From NCBI GenBank assembly GCA_002269645.1, contig NIVC01002364.1, positions 1-64,000 on the forward strand: a stretch of 64,000 bases of DNA, read 5' to 3'. Position numbers and translations under genes: made by a program. Below, in pieces: positions 50,747-64,000 of the stretch. The notes beneath the pieces were generated by a model, which ran no database searches, was not told the origin of the DNA, and worked only from the letters and a program-made list of their open reading frames with translations. Source of the stretch: Macrostomum lignano (lineage: Eukaryota). Within the stretch, counting starts at the first letter, position 1. Every line of letters begins with the position of its first letter.

Positions 50747-51489
50747 CCTTTTAGGTGGAGTAGTTTGACAATCCAGTTGTTGCTCGTATATATCATCCTT
50801 GGGTGGTACGCCCGTAAAGAAAACAGCTTGTCAGCTTACGAGAGCGCATTCAGAAGACTGCATGTACTTCTTTGATAATATATGAGTTTGAATCAGTTAC
50901 CACACATCCTGACTTGATTTGACTCGCACATGTACTCTGCTGTCGGCATCACACATTCTGCTAATCCCTGAAGAGCCTCCTATGGTAGGTAGAGAAGATA
51001 GAAAGTTTTCGGTTGAGCACAATTCACTCCGATGGTCAACTCTGAGTAAACAGTGTGCGGTGCAGCGACACCCGTTTCGATTGCGTCACGTGGCCACATT
51101 CATTTGGTGCTTGTGCTCGAAAATTGGCCAGGTGGGTTGTCATGCGATTAACACCCATGAGGTCCAACCCATAAGGCACAGATCGAGAGCGTACATGCCC
51201 GACTCAAGGACTACTCAAGTAGAAAGACGGGAAACCACAGGTTGTCAATTTTTTATTGATTTTGATAGTAGACAGACCCAATGGTAATCTTTCGATATGC
51301 CTTACCTGCTCTATTGATAATATTTAGATATCTTTTTGTTTAAAAAAATTAGGATTCTATGTTAATTATATGTTCTGTGCCTAAAAATAATAAAAATGGC
51401 ACAGATCGACCCATTGGTTTAATGCACAGCCCGGACTTTCTAATCATCGGGCCAATGACTACTCAACTACACACTATGGAATGACGGGA

Positions 51490-51635
51490 AACTACTTTAA
51501 TGAAAATATTATGAATATTATGAATATTATGAATATTATGAATATTATGAATATGAATATTATGAATAATATGAATAATATGAATATTATGAATATTATG
51601 AATATGAATATTATGAATATTATGAATATTATAAA
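51490..51635. repeat. (ATGAATATT)n / (ATGAAT)n low-complexity array
   Basis: Visible. Confidence 0.9.
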
Positions 51636-52810
51636 AATTTATGAATTTATTCTGTCATTCTTAGCCGACTGAGTAACAAAATGTGCAACAGAACAGTCCT
51701 GCCACTTGAGAAGTCCTAATTGGCTCGACGATTAGAAAGTCAGGGCCGCTGTACACCCAGTATGAGCGTGTGTATGAGTGCGAGCCTGCATACAGTACTG
51801 GCTTAGCTTGTATGTGCTCAGGAGTAAGCGGGATGGGCAGAATTGCCTCAGCGATGGACCTGTCAGGAGGATGTCCCAACAAACAAATATGGTACTAAAT
51901 TTTTAAGATTCACACCCACTTTGTAAAAAATAACAATAAACAGATTTACAATTACTAGTTTATTTCCCAGACAAGACAATGCAGGATAATATATAAATTT
52001 TATCCAAAGCTAAGGAAATACGGAAATTAATCGTTCGGATTTTATTTGTTTAATCGCAGTTTGTTTTAGTTTGTCTAATTTAGTTTTTCATAAAGGAAAA
52101 ATATAGAAAATTTTACTGGATTTGAAAAAAATAGTCTGACATTAAATATTAAAGACAGTTAACAGATAAAAACCATTGATGTTACTGCTGAGGAAAGTAA
52201 TAAATTAAGTATATATGCTGCATGATGTACTTTTAACCAAACTTTGCTAATCAGATTTTATCAGCGAAAGCAAAGTGTTTTTAACTTATTATTATAGATG
52301 ATTGGTGGGTTAGTCGATATTAAACAATAGTGAAAGATTGAAAACATACATTTAAAACTGGATTTGAAGCATTTCTTTTCTTGGAGAAACTTGACATGAA
52401 TAGGAAAAAATTATAGCTTTTTTGTAGTTTTTATAGCTCGTAGCCATGACACAGAAAATGTAACATTCAGGCAGGTGTTTAAAACAACGCCGAATAAAAA
52501 TATGGTTAGAAAAAGCGCTAAACTACTATGCAGTACATGTATAACAACACTTAGTCACGATAAAGACACAACGGGAAACAAACAGTTAATCAAAACAAAC
52601 AATAATAAGCAATAAAAAAGCTTATCGGTGCTCTGATAGAAATACCGAATAAATTTAAAGTAATTTAAAATCCCCCTTTCTGTCACAGAGAGAGCATTGA
52701 ATTATAAAAAACTGGCCATAATCTTATTATGGAATTGCAATCTCTTAGCTGGATCTGTTTTGGTACATACCAGCCTCAGCTCAGAGATCTACCATCGGCC
52801 CTCGCTAAAG

Positions 52811-52995
52811 CAGTGGCGTAGCCAGGATTTCCTTCTGGGGGGGGGAGGTCACAGTCACAGGCTCACAGCGGCAACCGGGGGCAGGGGTGCTAGGCCTCTG
52901 CGACGGGGGAGGGGGGTGCTGAAAATTTGGCCTGGATCAGCCGGCTGGGGGGGGGGTCATTACCCCCATGACCCCCCCCCCTGGCTACGCCCGCG
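52811..52995. mobile_element. MITE with TIRs cagtggcgtagccag / ctggctacgcc and G/C-run interior
   Basis: Terminal inverted repeats; the flanking direct repeat ctaaag (up to cgctaaag) on both sides is a candidate TSD. Confidence 0.75.
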
Positions 52996-53187
52996 CTAAA
53001 GCTATGATCAATAATATAATTAGATAAATATCGGAAAAAAACAAAACACAAAAATAAAATTAAAACAATGTTGTAAAATACATAATAATTATAATAAATA
53101 TTTATAACATATTTCACGATATCAAACAGTACAAGTAGCTCGTAGGCGCTGAAGTTTTGTTATAACAGTTTTGACAATTTTCCGGAT

Positions 53188-53363
53188 TTATAGATTTCCT
53201 CTGCCAATTCGAGGCTCGCCATTTTCGTCATATTCGTCTAGAAATCCCAGGTGCTCGGCTGCGGCCGCCTCCACCACGGCTCCGGCTGCACCTGGGCCGA
53301 GCTGCGAGATGGCGGTAAGGGTTTTGAAATTAAGTAGGTAAGTAAGTAAGTAAGTAAGTATCC

Positions 53364-53409
<46 letters not shown>

Positions 53410-56400
53410 TCGAATTGCTCACATCCGGTTGCGACACCGTCAGCTTGTAGTCGTCCTCGCTACCCTGCGGCGACAGGGACCGTCGGCGCTCCTCTATGTT
53501 CAAATGGCGATAGGAGGCCACCCGGGGCATTGCCAGGAATCGATCCACGTCGTTGTCCATCGGACTGTCTTGCTGTTGACCTCCTCCACCGCCGCCGCCG
53601 CCGCCACCGCCTCCGCCAAGGACTCGTTTTTGCCATTTCTTCTGCCTGTTGAGCTCGATCCAGCGCTTCCTCTCCACCTCCTGAGGGTTGGTGAGGGAAA
53701 CTCGGTGAGGGAAAGTCGGTGAGGGAGACTCGGTGAGGGGGTGAGGGAAGGGGTGCGGAAGTCTTCAATAATTTATCATTACATTCCTTTAGGCAAACTA
53801 AGAGCAATACGAGCGCAAAACCACAGCCCACCTCCTCCTTCTGGTGTTGCACAAGATCCTTCACATTGACCAACAATTCGTCGATTTTCGACTCAGTTGA
53901 GTCGTCATCCTTTGCCGACAGGCAGAGCGCCCGATTGAGCGGAAAGAAGTCGTACTTTTCGTCGTTTAACTAGGGAAAATGGAAACACAGGTAAAAATTT
54001 ATAAGCCAGGTACTGAATAAATCAGGTATCAACTTCTCCCAGTCCAATTTGCCGTACCATCTTATAGACGTGCAAATCCAGTGAAGTATAGTCATTCTTA
54101 GCCGTGTCCTCAAGGTGAATAAAGAAGAATATGTAGGCCCACATGTTGTGCTCGCTGCGCACGTGATGCTCAAAGCCCTGCCCGTGGTGCTCAAAATCGT
54201 AGTTATTTCGCGAGCAGATGAAGCAACAATTGCGCATATCAGTTTCGGCCAGCCATTTCTTGTCTCGCAACTGGCTGAATGTGTCCACTATGATGCCGAA
54301 TATGATGTTCAAGCCGATGGTGGTGATCATGATGAAGAAGGTGACGTGAAACAGGGCCATCCATATATACTGCTCAAAGGTGCGCTCGGAGGCGATCGGT
54401 GTCAGATTCTGCGGGTTTTGTGACAGACATGCGGCAAGGTTGAAGTTAGCACTGAACCATCCGGAACGTTTAAGAACTATTGTAAGTAAAAAAAAACCTG
54501 GAAAAAAACTAACTTCAATTTAATGAACTATTCGGAACTGGTGTATATGAAAAATGATAAATAAAAACAGGACTAAGAACTTCGATTTTAAAGAGTTCTA
54601 AGAAATCCCACAAGCACAAAGAGCTGCTCACCTCGAACAGATCCCCGATCAGGCCGAACCGCAGCACAGTGATGAAGCACTGGTACAGATTGCCGCAGAA
54701 CATCAGACTCTCGTCCGGCCGGAAGCCGGAGCGGAATTTAGCAAATGCGACAACGGCGTACAAGTACATAATCACGATTCCCAGAATTGACACCCAGATC
54801 AGCGACAGGCCTGAAAGCGTTCAGAGTACTACTAGAAGTAGCGTATCATTACAAACACGGGGGGAACCTTGTTTCTAAGAGTTTTTTGAAGGCTTTCATA
54901 TAGGAATTGTAGATTGTTTAGGACCGTATGTAGCTGAGTTGAATAATGCCCGAAATACAAGCGGTCGTAGAAGTACACTGTACCGGCATATGTACTTTTC
55001 CTAGTATATATTCCACACTCATTTCACGGCCCATGAAAAGATAAGGAAGGGTGGATAAGTACGAGTAATAAAGACGGAAAAGCAGTCGCGTGATGAAATT
55101 TGAACACGGTGTAAATGTAAAAATTGGAGAGCAATTGTGGAATAATGTCTAAAACTAACTGCTATTGTTATATTGGTGAACCAAATATATAAAATGAACT
55201 TGTTGAATACTCGCGGAGCTTCTTACCGTTAGTCGTTACAGCCTGAATAACGCCCTGCAGCATCTGGTTATTATTGACTATGTTCAACAGGTGGAAGGCG
55301 AAAAAGTACGGACTGTAGAAAGTGCCAGCGAAGGCGCACCCGAGAAACACCAGATAGTAGAGCGTCTGGATGGAAAACAGCCGTACAGACAGTTTGTCCT
55401 GGCCTTGCTGCTCCTGTATGGCGGATGCATTTGTTTTGTTCGTTATTAGTTTCATAGCTTCAAAACGTTCTGGGCTAACACGGTTAATTACTTTCTAAAT
55501 CTTTATCAGTTGTTGGGGAACTAATTTCCTAAAATATTAAAAATGAAATCTACTCATTACGGCAAGATTTTTACATCGAAAGTCAACTTCTGGGCACTTT
55601 ACCTACACCGGCTGCGAGGATTCAGCAAGTGTCAGACAATGTGTTTCCAAGTTTTTCAAGCAATCAAGGTAAAGTTTTAAGTTTTTTCTTCACCTGCAGA
55701 TCGTCCAGTTCGTCCAGCTCTTTGCGACGCCAACTGCGTAGTCGCCGGACAAGAGCAGCCGTCTCCGGCGGCCGAGGATGATTGGCGACAAAGAAGGCCA
55801 GCAGCAGGATGAAGGCCAGAATATCCAGCGTGTAGGCAAACGCCTGCATCCACTCGGACAATCTGGGATAGGCCGCCTTCCACCGACCGGAGGCGCTGAA
55901 TTTGTAAAGCAACATTGAATCGTATAATTTGAATTGGTGCGACTAATTCAAACATTACACTAAATTAAACATTATTAGCGAGGAACTTTATAACTTTATA
56001 AGATCAAATTTGCATATTGTCTAAAGGCCTTGTTAGTCGCTTGCGCTAGTTCTGAACTTGGACAATTTAAAATTATGAAATTTGAGCCTGTACGAGTAAT
56101 TAAGTTTCGGCTTTATGAAGTTTCAAGCCTATCAAAGCAACTATTCTAAATGTAGTAGGGGTTTAAAACAAAATAGGCGTATTTAAGCCTCACAATTGTG
56201 AGGCCTCACAATAACAATTGTGAGGCTTTTTGTGACTTTTGTTGATACGTACAAAAAAACTAAAGCGAATACACATTCGAGATTGTGTATGTGTATTCCA
56301 TAGAAGGTTTACGGATCTTGTTTTTAGGCAGGAATTCCAGAAGCAATCACCTGTAAGCAGTGGGAGTGGCATTAAAAGAGTCATTCGCCATTTCATTAGC

Positions 56401-59400
56401 GATTCCTGCGATGTCACTCCCGACAGCCGCCTCGGGAGCTTCCAGACCGATCAGCATGATGACGTTCAGCACGACAGCCACAAGAGTAGCCAGATGGTTC
56501 CAAATCATCCAGAATCTGGTCAGCGTAATGGTTACCGGATTCGACAGAACCTTCTTCTGATAGTGAATGTCGTTCAGGATGGCCTTTGTCCAATCCATGA
56601 AGTCGCGAATTTTTGTACTTGACGAATTTCGATCGACGTTCCATTTAAGTTTCTCTTTGACCTCGTCGCGTAGCACGTTCTGCGGGTTTTTCGGAGTTTT
56701 ACAATAAATTTATATTTAAAATTTGTGGGTGTATATGCTCAATAAAGGAACTAAGACATGAGGACGATGACTAACCAAAAGAAGTGTGGGTGAAGACAGC
56801 GACTGACCATATGAAAGTGAATAAACATGAGGAAGGGAGACGGTTAGAAGACTTAACAATATCGATACCAACCTTATTCTTTACTCTGAAGTGCATCCGT
56901 TGAAGATTGTCGCCTTTGACAATCTCGATGGTCATAGAGTTCTTCTTGAACAATTTGAACGCTTTTTGTTGCACATCCGTGATGCGAAGCTCTGGTAAAA
57001 ATGAGAGTAGAATAATTTGTACTTGTATATAGATTTCAGTAAATCTAAGCAGACTACAATGCTAGAAAGTAAACATTTCTGCTGCAACGAAGTACAAAAA
57101 AGCCGTCTAAAAAGCCATCACAAACGAACGTCACGTTGAAACTACGAGTATCAATTTTCCAAGGTCCGACAAAGAGATAAAACTATGACACACAAATCAA
57201 CATTTTTGCAGCGTTATTCCATAAAACTTTTTAGGAGCTGTAGGGTGGCTGCTAATTAAGACATACACTGACTATTTACAACTAGACACAACTTACTGGT
57301 ATCTACATCAACTACTAAATAGGCAGTTACAAAGAAACAGCTAAATGAATAACAAATTGTACTTTTCAGGACGCGACATGATTTTAATTTAAATAACTTC
57401 CTATTTGTCTTGCTGTTGTAGCTATAACTAATTTTAAAAATCAATAATTCCATGCAGCCAAAACCTGATTCCGTTGAATCGACCATTTTGCAGCGTAGAA
57501 TCTGGTAAGTCTATTGATAAGCTCACGCATGCGGTAATTAATGCAAGTATTTTTAAAGCGATTTTTTATCAGCCGGAATTAAAAAGCAATCGCAATCCGA
57601 TGGTGCAAACTTTTTTTCCTTGCTAGCTACTGAAATTGTGATGCTTCCCACTTTAATACTTGCATCTGCATATAATTCTACTCGTTTGTGGTTGGCTGAC
57701 TTCACCCAATGAATTGCTTAACCTTCTACTCCTCCTTCGCTAAGAGATCTGATTGGTTGAATTATTCTCTTCTAGTTGGCTACAATGAACGAACAACCAG
57801 GGAAGTCTCTACCCCAGATGTCACTCGCGTAAAAGAGCGTTCATCTACTCTTTATCAGTATCAAAACTAGCGTTTTTTGCAAACAAAGAAGAGATATTTA
57901 AACATAGGGGTAGGAACCTTTCAAAAAGTGGGGGCCAGGTTTAGTGACGGATTTAGGGGGGGGGGGCGCACAGGGCGCAAGCCCCCGTCGAGTTAAGGTT
58001 TTTTAAAATGGAAAATGCACATTATCACGCACCGATTATTTTCAGAATCCATATTGTCAGCCCTTATTTTATAAAGCGCCGCAGGCACTCATTTTAGCGC
58101 CGCAGGCACTCATTTTGGCACCGCAGGCACTCATTTTATCACCGCAGGCACTCATTTTGGCACCGCAGGCACTCATTTTGGCACCGCAGGCACTCATTTT
58201 GGCACCGCAGGCACTCATTTTAGCACCGCAGGCACTCATTTTGGCACCGCAGGCACTCATTTTGGCACCGCAGGCACTCATTTTAGCACCACAAGCGCTC
58301 ATTTTGGCGCTGCAGGCACTCATTTTAGCGCTGCAAGCGCTCATTTTGGCGCCGCAGGCACTCATTTTAGCGCCGCAGGCACTCATTTTGGCGCTGCAGG
58401 CACTCATTTTGGCTCTGCAGGCACTCATTTTGGCACCGCAGGCACTCATTTTGGCACCGCAGGCACTGATTTTGGCACCGCAGGCACTGATTTTGGCGCT
58501 GCAAGCACTCATTTTGGCGCTGCAGGCACTCATTTTGGCGCCGTTCCGTTCCTACGCCTATGTATTTAAATTTCACAAGATATTTCAAGTTTTTGAAGCT
58601 GCAACAATCTACCTACAAGCTTACTACAAACAGACCCATTTAAATTAGCATCTTCATCCAACATCCTGTTTCATCGACTTCAGACTGCCACAAGCTCGGG
58701 AATATTTTAAAAACGCGATGAATACGAGCGTAAAAGACTGAAGAGGTTGCCCTAAAACTTAAATAACCCTAATCCAGTGCGTGTGCAGGGCGAAAAAGAA
58801 AGAATAGGGGTGTCACCAGCCAGACTAATAAACAGTTTGACTTTCACATTTTCCTCACACCATTGCTCTCTCATTGGCTGATTTAGTTAGACCTGCCCCT
58901 AGGCTAAGTTTCGTCGGTATGACTTCACGGATGAACCTCTCTCCTTACTGCTCTCTCATTGGCTGAGCTAGATTATTGGGCCTGTCCTTAGGCTTATTTT
59001 CGAACGTCTGACTTTTTAATTCTCTCATTACTGCTCTCTCATTGGCTAAGCCAGATTGGGCCTGCCCCTAGGCTGAATTTCGTCCGTATTGCGTTCACCT
59101 TTGTACATCGAGGTAAATGCCAAGTTTCCAACTTGAATTTCAGTGATACTGCGCGGACAAACTACTGAAGAAAAGAGTAGACACTCTGCTTTTTTCACAA
59201 CTTTAATTGGAAGTTGCATATCTAATTGCTCTGATATCTGTGGTCTGTACCAATTTTTTATTTAAGTAAAGCTGATAGTCTAGTTCCAGTGCATTTCCTC
59301 ACACAATCTGGCGTAAATTTTGTCTATTTTGATCGATTTTAACAATATCTATTTCAATTTAAAGCTAAATAAATTCCCCACAACTTACTTAAGAGCCATA

Positions 59401-62400
59401 GCACGCGCGCGGATACGTACGCAGTCATACGCGCAGGCGCACAATCACACAGGAGTGTACAGCGGCCCTAACTTTATTTATCGTTAGGCATGTACACTTT
59501 ACAGTGCTTTTTGTGTTGGCCCATTGCGTTAATTGCACGAGCAGAGCCAAGCCAAGATTCCAATTAGCCCCAAATTAATGCGACTGCACTGGGAATCGAG
59601 CCTCGACGGCTAGGTGCTAGTCTACGGCCCCCTGCACAAAATCTACATATGATTATGCTATTATAAATAATATTTATAAATACTGCTATGAATAAATTCA
59701 TAACATATAAAAGTATATATGTGACCCCCAAAATTAATAAATAAATATTTATAGCTAATCAATACTGTTATAAGATAAAATTAGACATCATTTTCTACAA
59801 GCAGTAGTAATACATGAATACTATTGAGTTAATGTAATTGTAGTAATGCTTATAATATTCTTTCGTTACACAATTTGACCAGCCACATCTCAAGGTTCAA
59901 ATAAAATTTCAACGTAGAAGATGGTGCCAAAAATCGGCATGCAAGCTCAGAACTTTAATTGGGGATTACATCATAGCTAATATTAATGAGTGCAATGAAG
60001 TTATTAAGTAATTAGGTAATTTACGAAATTGTTATTCCGGTCCAACAATAGCAGCTACAGGAACTAAGACATTGCCATTCGATACATTGTGTGTCCCTTC
60101 ACCAAGAAATAACAAACCAGACTTGCTACCCTACCAAATAGTTTACCATTTTTGCAGCCAATTGCACCGGCTTTTTCTATATAAGAATTCAAAAAATCAA
60201 ACGATTTCATTTTTTTCGCGAGTTTTTACTGTCGAGAAACACCAAGGAACAAAAATTGGCCAGATGGGTTGTCGCGTGGTGCATACCTATCAGGGCCAAC
60301 TCCCAAAGAATAGAGTGTACGTGAATGACGACTAGAAAGGCAGGGTCGCTGTACACCCTGTGTGAGCGTGTTCATGAGTGCTGTGCCTGTGTACAGTATT
60401 GGCGCGCTTGTATAACGTGCTCAGGAGTCAGCGGAATGGGCAGAATTACTCCAGCGCTGGTTGCTAGGGTAGCGTCGCCAAGGGCAGTTATAGTATAATC
60501 GATCATTGACACTGTGCAGTTGCTAAACATATCAAGCATAGCTTATTCTTTCCTTATCTACTGATAAAGTTTTACGAGCTATTGGCAGCCAGAGACCTTT
60601 AAAACCTTCAAACCTTACGTTTGGATGGTGGAAGTTCTGGACCAGAGCATCTTAGGACCTGTCGGACCTCAGGTATCTTAAAGTTCCTCAGGTGCGTCAA
60701 CAATCATCTAGAGTCCTAGACATAAGCATCGCATCTGGTAATCTAGCTGGTACTAGTCAAAATAAAATTCGTTTGTTTTCTACTAGTTCACAGGCAGGTG
60801 AAGTGTGACAATTTCATCCGGTAGAACATACCTCTTCCATAGGGGTCTGAGTCTGCAACAGAGTAAATTAGGGGGGCAAAAGAGAAAAAGTGCGAGAAAA
60901 ATTGCTCAGCAACTGCTACAGTTGTGCTGTCACAATGTCGGGTTAATAATGCAGAAGTCTATCTAAGCACGGTCCAGAAAAATGTCTATCTTCTTTTTCC
61001 GGAACTCACCTTTCTTTCCCATCAGCGGATCGATGTCGTATAGGCGAGCCAGAATCACGTAGAATGAGAAGCCAACGTCAAAAACTGTCTCCATGAGCTC
61101 TTTCCTGTCCTCTTTGGCCTTTTCGAATCAGGGGAGGTCGGTAGGGGGTCGAAATTAGAGCAAGGTTTCATGTCAATATCACTGACATCTCATCGCGAAA
61201 CAGTAAAGTTAAACTCGAGAGGCACCGGAATGTCTCAATTTCAGTAACTCAAGAGGCACCGGAATGTCTCAATTTCAGTAACTCAAGAGGCACCGGAATG
61301 TCTCAATATCAGTAACTCGAGAGGCACCGGAATGTCTCAATATCAGTAACTCGAGAGGCACCGGAATGTCTCAATATCAGTAACTCGAGAGGCACCGGAA
61401 TGTCTCAATATCAGTAACTCGAGAGGCACCGGAATGTCTCAATATCAGTAACTCAAGAGGCACCGGAATGTCTCAATATCAGTAACTCGAGAGGCACCGG
61501 AATGTCTCAATATCAGTAACTCGAGAGGCACCGGAATGTCTCAATATCAGTAACTCGAGAGGCACCGGAATGTCTCAATATCAGTAACTCGAGAGGCACC
61601 GGAATGTCTCAATATCAGTAACTCGAGAGGCACCGGAATGTCTCAATATCAGTAACTCGAGAGGCACCGGAATGTCTCAATATCAGTAACTCAAGAGGCA
61701 CCGGAATGTCTCAATATCAGTAACTCGAGAGGCACCGGAATGTCTCAATATCAGTAACTCGAGAGGCACCGGAATGTCTCAATATCAGTAACTCGAGAGG
61801 CACCGGAATGTCTCAATATCAGTAACTCGAGAGGCACCGGAATGTCTCAATATCAGTAACTCGAGAGGCACCGGAATGTCTCAATTTCAGTAACTCGAGA
61901 GGCACCGGAATGTCTCAATATCAGTAACTCAAGAGGCACCGGAATGTCTCAATATCAGTAACTCGAGAGGCACCGGAATGTCTCAATATCAGTAACTCGA
62001 GAGGCACCGGAATGTCTCAATATCAGTAACTCGAGAGGCACCGGAATGTCTCAATATCAGTAACTCGAGAGGCACCGGAATGTCTCAATATCAGTAACTC
62101 GAGAGGCACCGGAATGTCTCAATGTCAGCTTGCTCAAGAAATAAGAGAGACGATCCACCAAACAATTGAAGTCATTGAGAACGTGACGAGTGAGAAACGC
62201 AACTAAAAAGTGACTCATCGTGTGAGTATCAAAGGATGTGCCGAACTCTTGGACGATGCCGCCGAAGGCATCTACCTACTGCCCCTAAAGTAAGCCCCTA
62301 TTGCGATTGTTATTGTAATGCAGCCGAACTCAGGCCAACTCACCAGTATCCGACGAAGAAGTCCTCCGCCCTCCTTGCCGTCGTTAAGCTGCATCTCGTA

Positions 62401-63685
62401 GCACTCAGCCATCACCCGGTATAGTGCGCCCTTATCTAGAGTGTCCTTGACCTCTCTAGCGATTATAATGGCTTCTGGCGAGTTTTCCTCAATCAGCGAG
62501 ATCACCAGATTGGCGATTGACTGGCGCAGCTGAGCGATTTGAGCCACACTGCAACCTTCGAAGTCTGAGCTACGCAAGATGAAGTTGATGTAGTCAATTA
62601 TCTTGTTGTCATACACGGTCGCTCGGTTCTCCTGGTTGCCCTGAAGAGTTTCAAAGTGAACTGTAAATGCATATAAACTGCATTAAGATTCATACAAACC
62701 AATGTTTTCTACACAGATTTAATGAGAAATGTACTATTGCCGAGTGTTACAGCGATTTTTGTAGCGTTTAAATAAGGTTCTTGACTTATAAACTAGTTTG
62801 GTTACTTCTGAGTGAGGTTGGTTACTTCTGAGTGAGGTTGGTTACTTCTGAGTGAGGTTGGTTACTTCTGAGTGAGGTTGGTTACTTCTGAGCGAGGTTG
62901 GTTACTTCTGAGTGAGGTTGGTTACTTCTGAGTGAGGTTGGTTACTTCTGAGCGAGGTTGGTTACTTCTGAGTGAGGTTGGTTACTTCTGAGTGAGGTTG
63001 GTTACTTCTGAGCGAGGTTGGTTACTTCTGAGCGAGGTTGGTTACTTCTGAGCGAGGTTGGTAAATTCTGAGTGAGTTTGATGACTTCTGAGTGAGTTTG
63101 ATGACTTTTGAGTGAGGTTGGTTACTTCTGAGTGAGGTTGGTTACTTCTGAGTGAGGTTGGTTACTTCTGAGTGAGGTTGGTTACTTCTGAGCGAGGTTG
63201 GTTATTTCTGAGTGAGTTTGATGGCTTCTGAGTGAGTTTGGAGACTTCTGAGTGACGTTGGTGGCTTCTGAGTAAGCTTGATGACTATTAAGTAAAGCGT
63301 GATGACTTCTGAAAAAGTTGGTTTCTTCGGAGTGAGATCGGTATGAAGGGTGGTATGTAGAATTCCTTGCTCATTGCATCCATCCATCCATCTTACATAC
63401 CGCACAGAATTCGTTAACAGTGGAGAACAGTTGAATAAGCAGATCGATTGTGTCGGAGTTGATATTGGCGTAGGCCACATTGATGAACTGCGACACTTCC
63501 GCGACGATGTTGAATGACTTCACATTGTCCGGCTGCTCGCGCAGGTAGTTCTGCAGTCCCAGGTGTTGACCGTCGCAGATTCTGGCGAGCACCTTCAGAA
63601 CCAGCGCGATGTAGCCGTCGTCTTTCATAGAGATCTTCGAGTCCTCCTGCTCGGAGGCGCCGATGCCAGGGGTGGAAAACGCGTC
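53188..63685 (-). CDS. ITPR: Inositol 1,4,5-trisphosphate receptor-like Ca2+ release channel, C-terminal part (RIH-associated domain, TM/pore, C-tail); continues beyond the window end
   Basis: Exons 63685-63401, 62640-62344, 61118-61010, 56991-56873, 56679-56351, 55895-55694, 55413-55227, 54810-54632, 54408-54058, 53969-53832, 53680-53423, 53301-53188, all phases match. Motifs CDGQHLGLQNYLREQPDNVKSFNIV, EFCAGNQENR, SIEIV-like TIEIVKG, GLNIIFGIIVDTFSQLR, CFICS, FEHHVRSEHNMWAYIFF, FFPLNRALCL. Confidence 0.92.
57903..58562. mobile_element. hAT-like non-autonomous element (15-bp TIRs, 8-bp TSD) carrying an internal 21-bp minisatellite (58070-58540)
   Basis: Left cataggggtaggaac and right gttcctacgcctatg (1 mismatch). 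Identical TATTTAAA at 57895-57902 and 58563-58570. Confidence 0.85.
61218..62125. repeat. 34-bp minisatellite (tcagtaactcgagaggcaccggaatgtctcaata) ~26 copies
   Basis: Period 34, head-to-tail with no spacers; ITPR intron. Confidence 0.97.
62796..63290. repeat. 20-bp minisatellite (ggttacttctgagtgaggtt)
   Basis: Visible; ITPR intron. Confidence 0.95.
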
Positions 63686-64000
63686 CTGGAATGCAAAGAG
63701 TTCAAGTTGATGGCTAGCTACTTCGAACTATTCCAGTAAAATGAGTTACGAGTAATTGCTAATTGAGTAATGACTTCAGCTTACAATTAGGTCTCTGCGC
63801 TTGACTGTTGCGCCACAAGACCCTTAGTTCGGTTCTGTGAGCACACATTTGGGGCTTGTTGTGCACGAAAAATTGGCTTAGGAAGGTTGCTGAGCGATTC
63901 ACAACTATGAGGGCCAACCGCAAGACATAGAGAGTGTACATGCCTAACGATTAGAAAGTCAGGTACGAGTGAGTGCAACGTCGCTAAAGACGTTGCGCCA

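Noticed and set aside
58069-58648. ORFs MSACGAK-n and APQALIL-n
   Set aside because: They are translations of the 21-bp array inside the hAT MITE.
61218-62125. 34-bp repeat array of CRISPR-like unit length
   Set aside because: Units are head-to-tail with no unique spacers, there are no cas genes, and the array lies in a eukaryotic intron. The same applies to the 23-, 30- and 35-bp arrays.

Overview
Eukaryotic (metazoan) genomic DNA: GC-rich spliced exons with poly-Gly/Ala/Gln tracts separated by AT-rich introns packed with micro/minisatellites, including a 46-nt intron. The style suggests a free-living flatworm such as Macrostomum (inference only). Five genes were reconstructed by hand from splice sites and exon phase. 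(1) + strand, 5'-truncated, 423-12809: 4x LamG + EGF ectodomain, one TM helix, and an apparently in-frame cytoplasmic WD40 propeller; exon 2 has five single-base deletions. (2) - strand TLC-domain membrane protein, 16865-25261, 303 aa. (3) + strand MKS1 (B9/C2 ciliary transition-zone protein), 26075-33345, 614 aa, head-to-head with the TLC gene and with a candidate second terminal exon at 34175-34455. (4) + strand giant two-exon gene, ~39600-47171, ~2480 aa: Gly-rich hydrophobic N-terminus, coding minisatellites, a degenerate GBP/atlastin-like GTPase domain and a helical C-terminus. (5) - strand 3' part of a divergent IP3 receptor, 53188-63685, with an atypical GLIGD pore filter. Also present are a Gypsy integrase/3'LTR remnant, two MITEs with TSDs, a SINE-like dispersed family, an orphan 166-bp copy of part of gene 4, and many tandem arrays. 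Most ORFs in the supplied track are artefacts of tandem repeats or antisense shadows. There is no CRISPR array or prokaryotic system. All homology calls come from recognising motifs, not from database searches.
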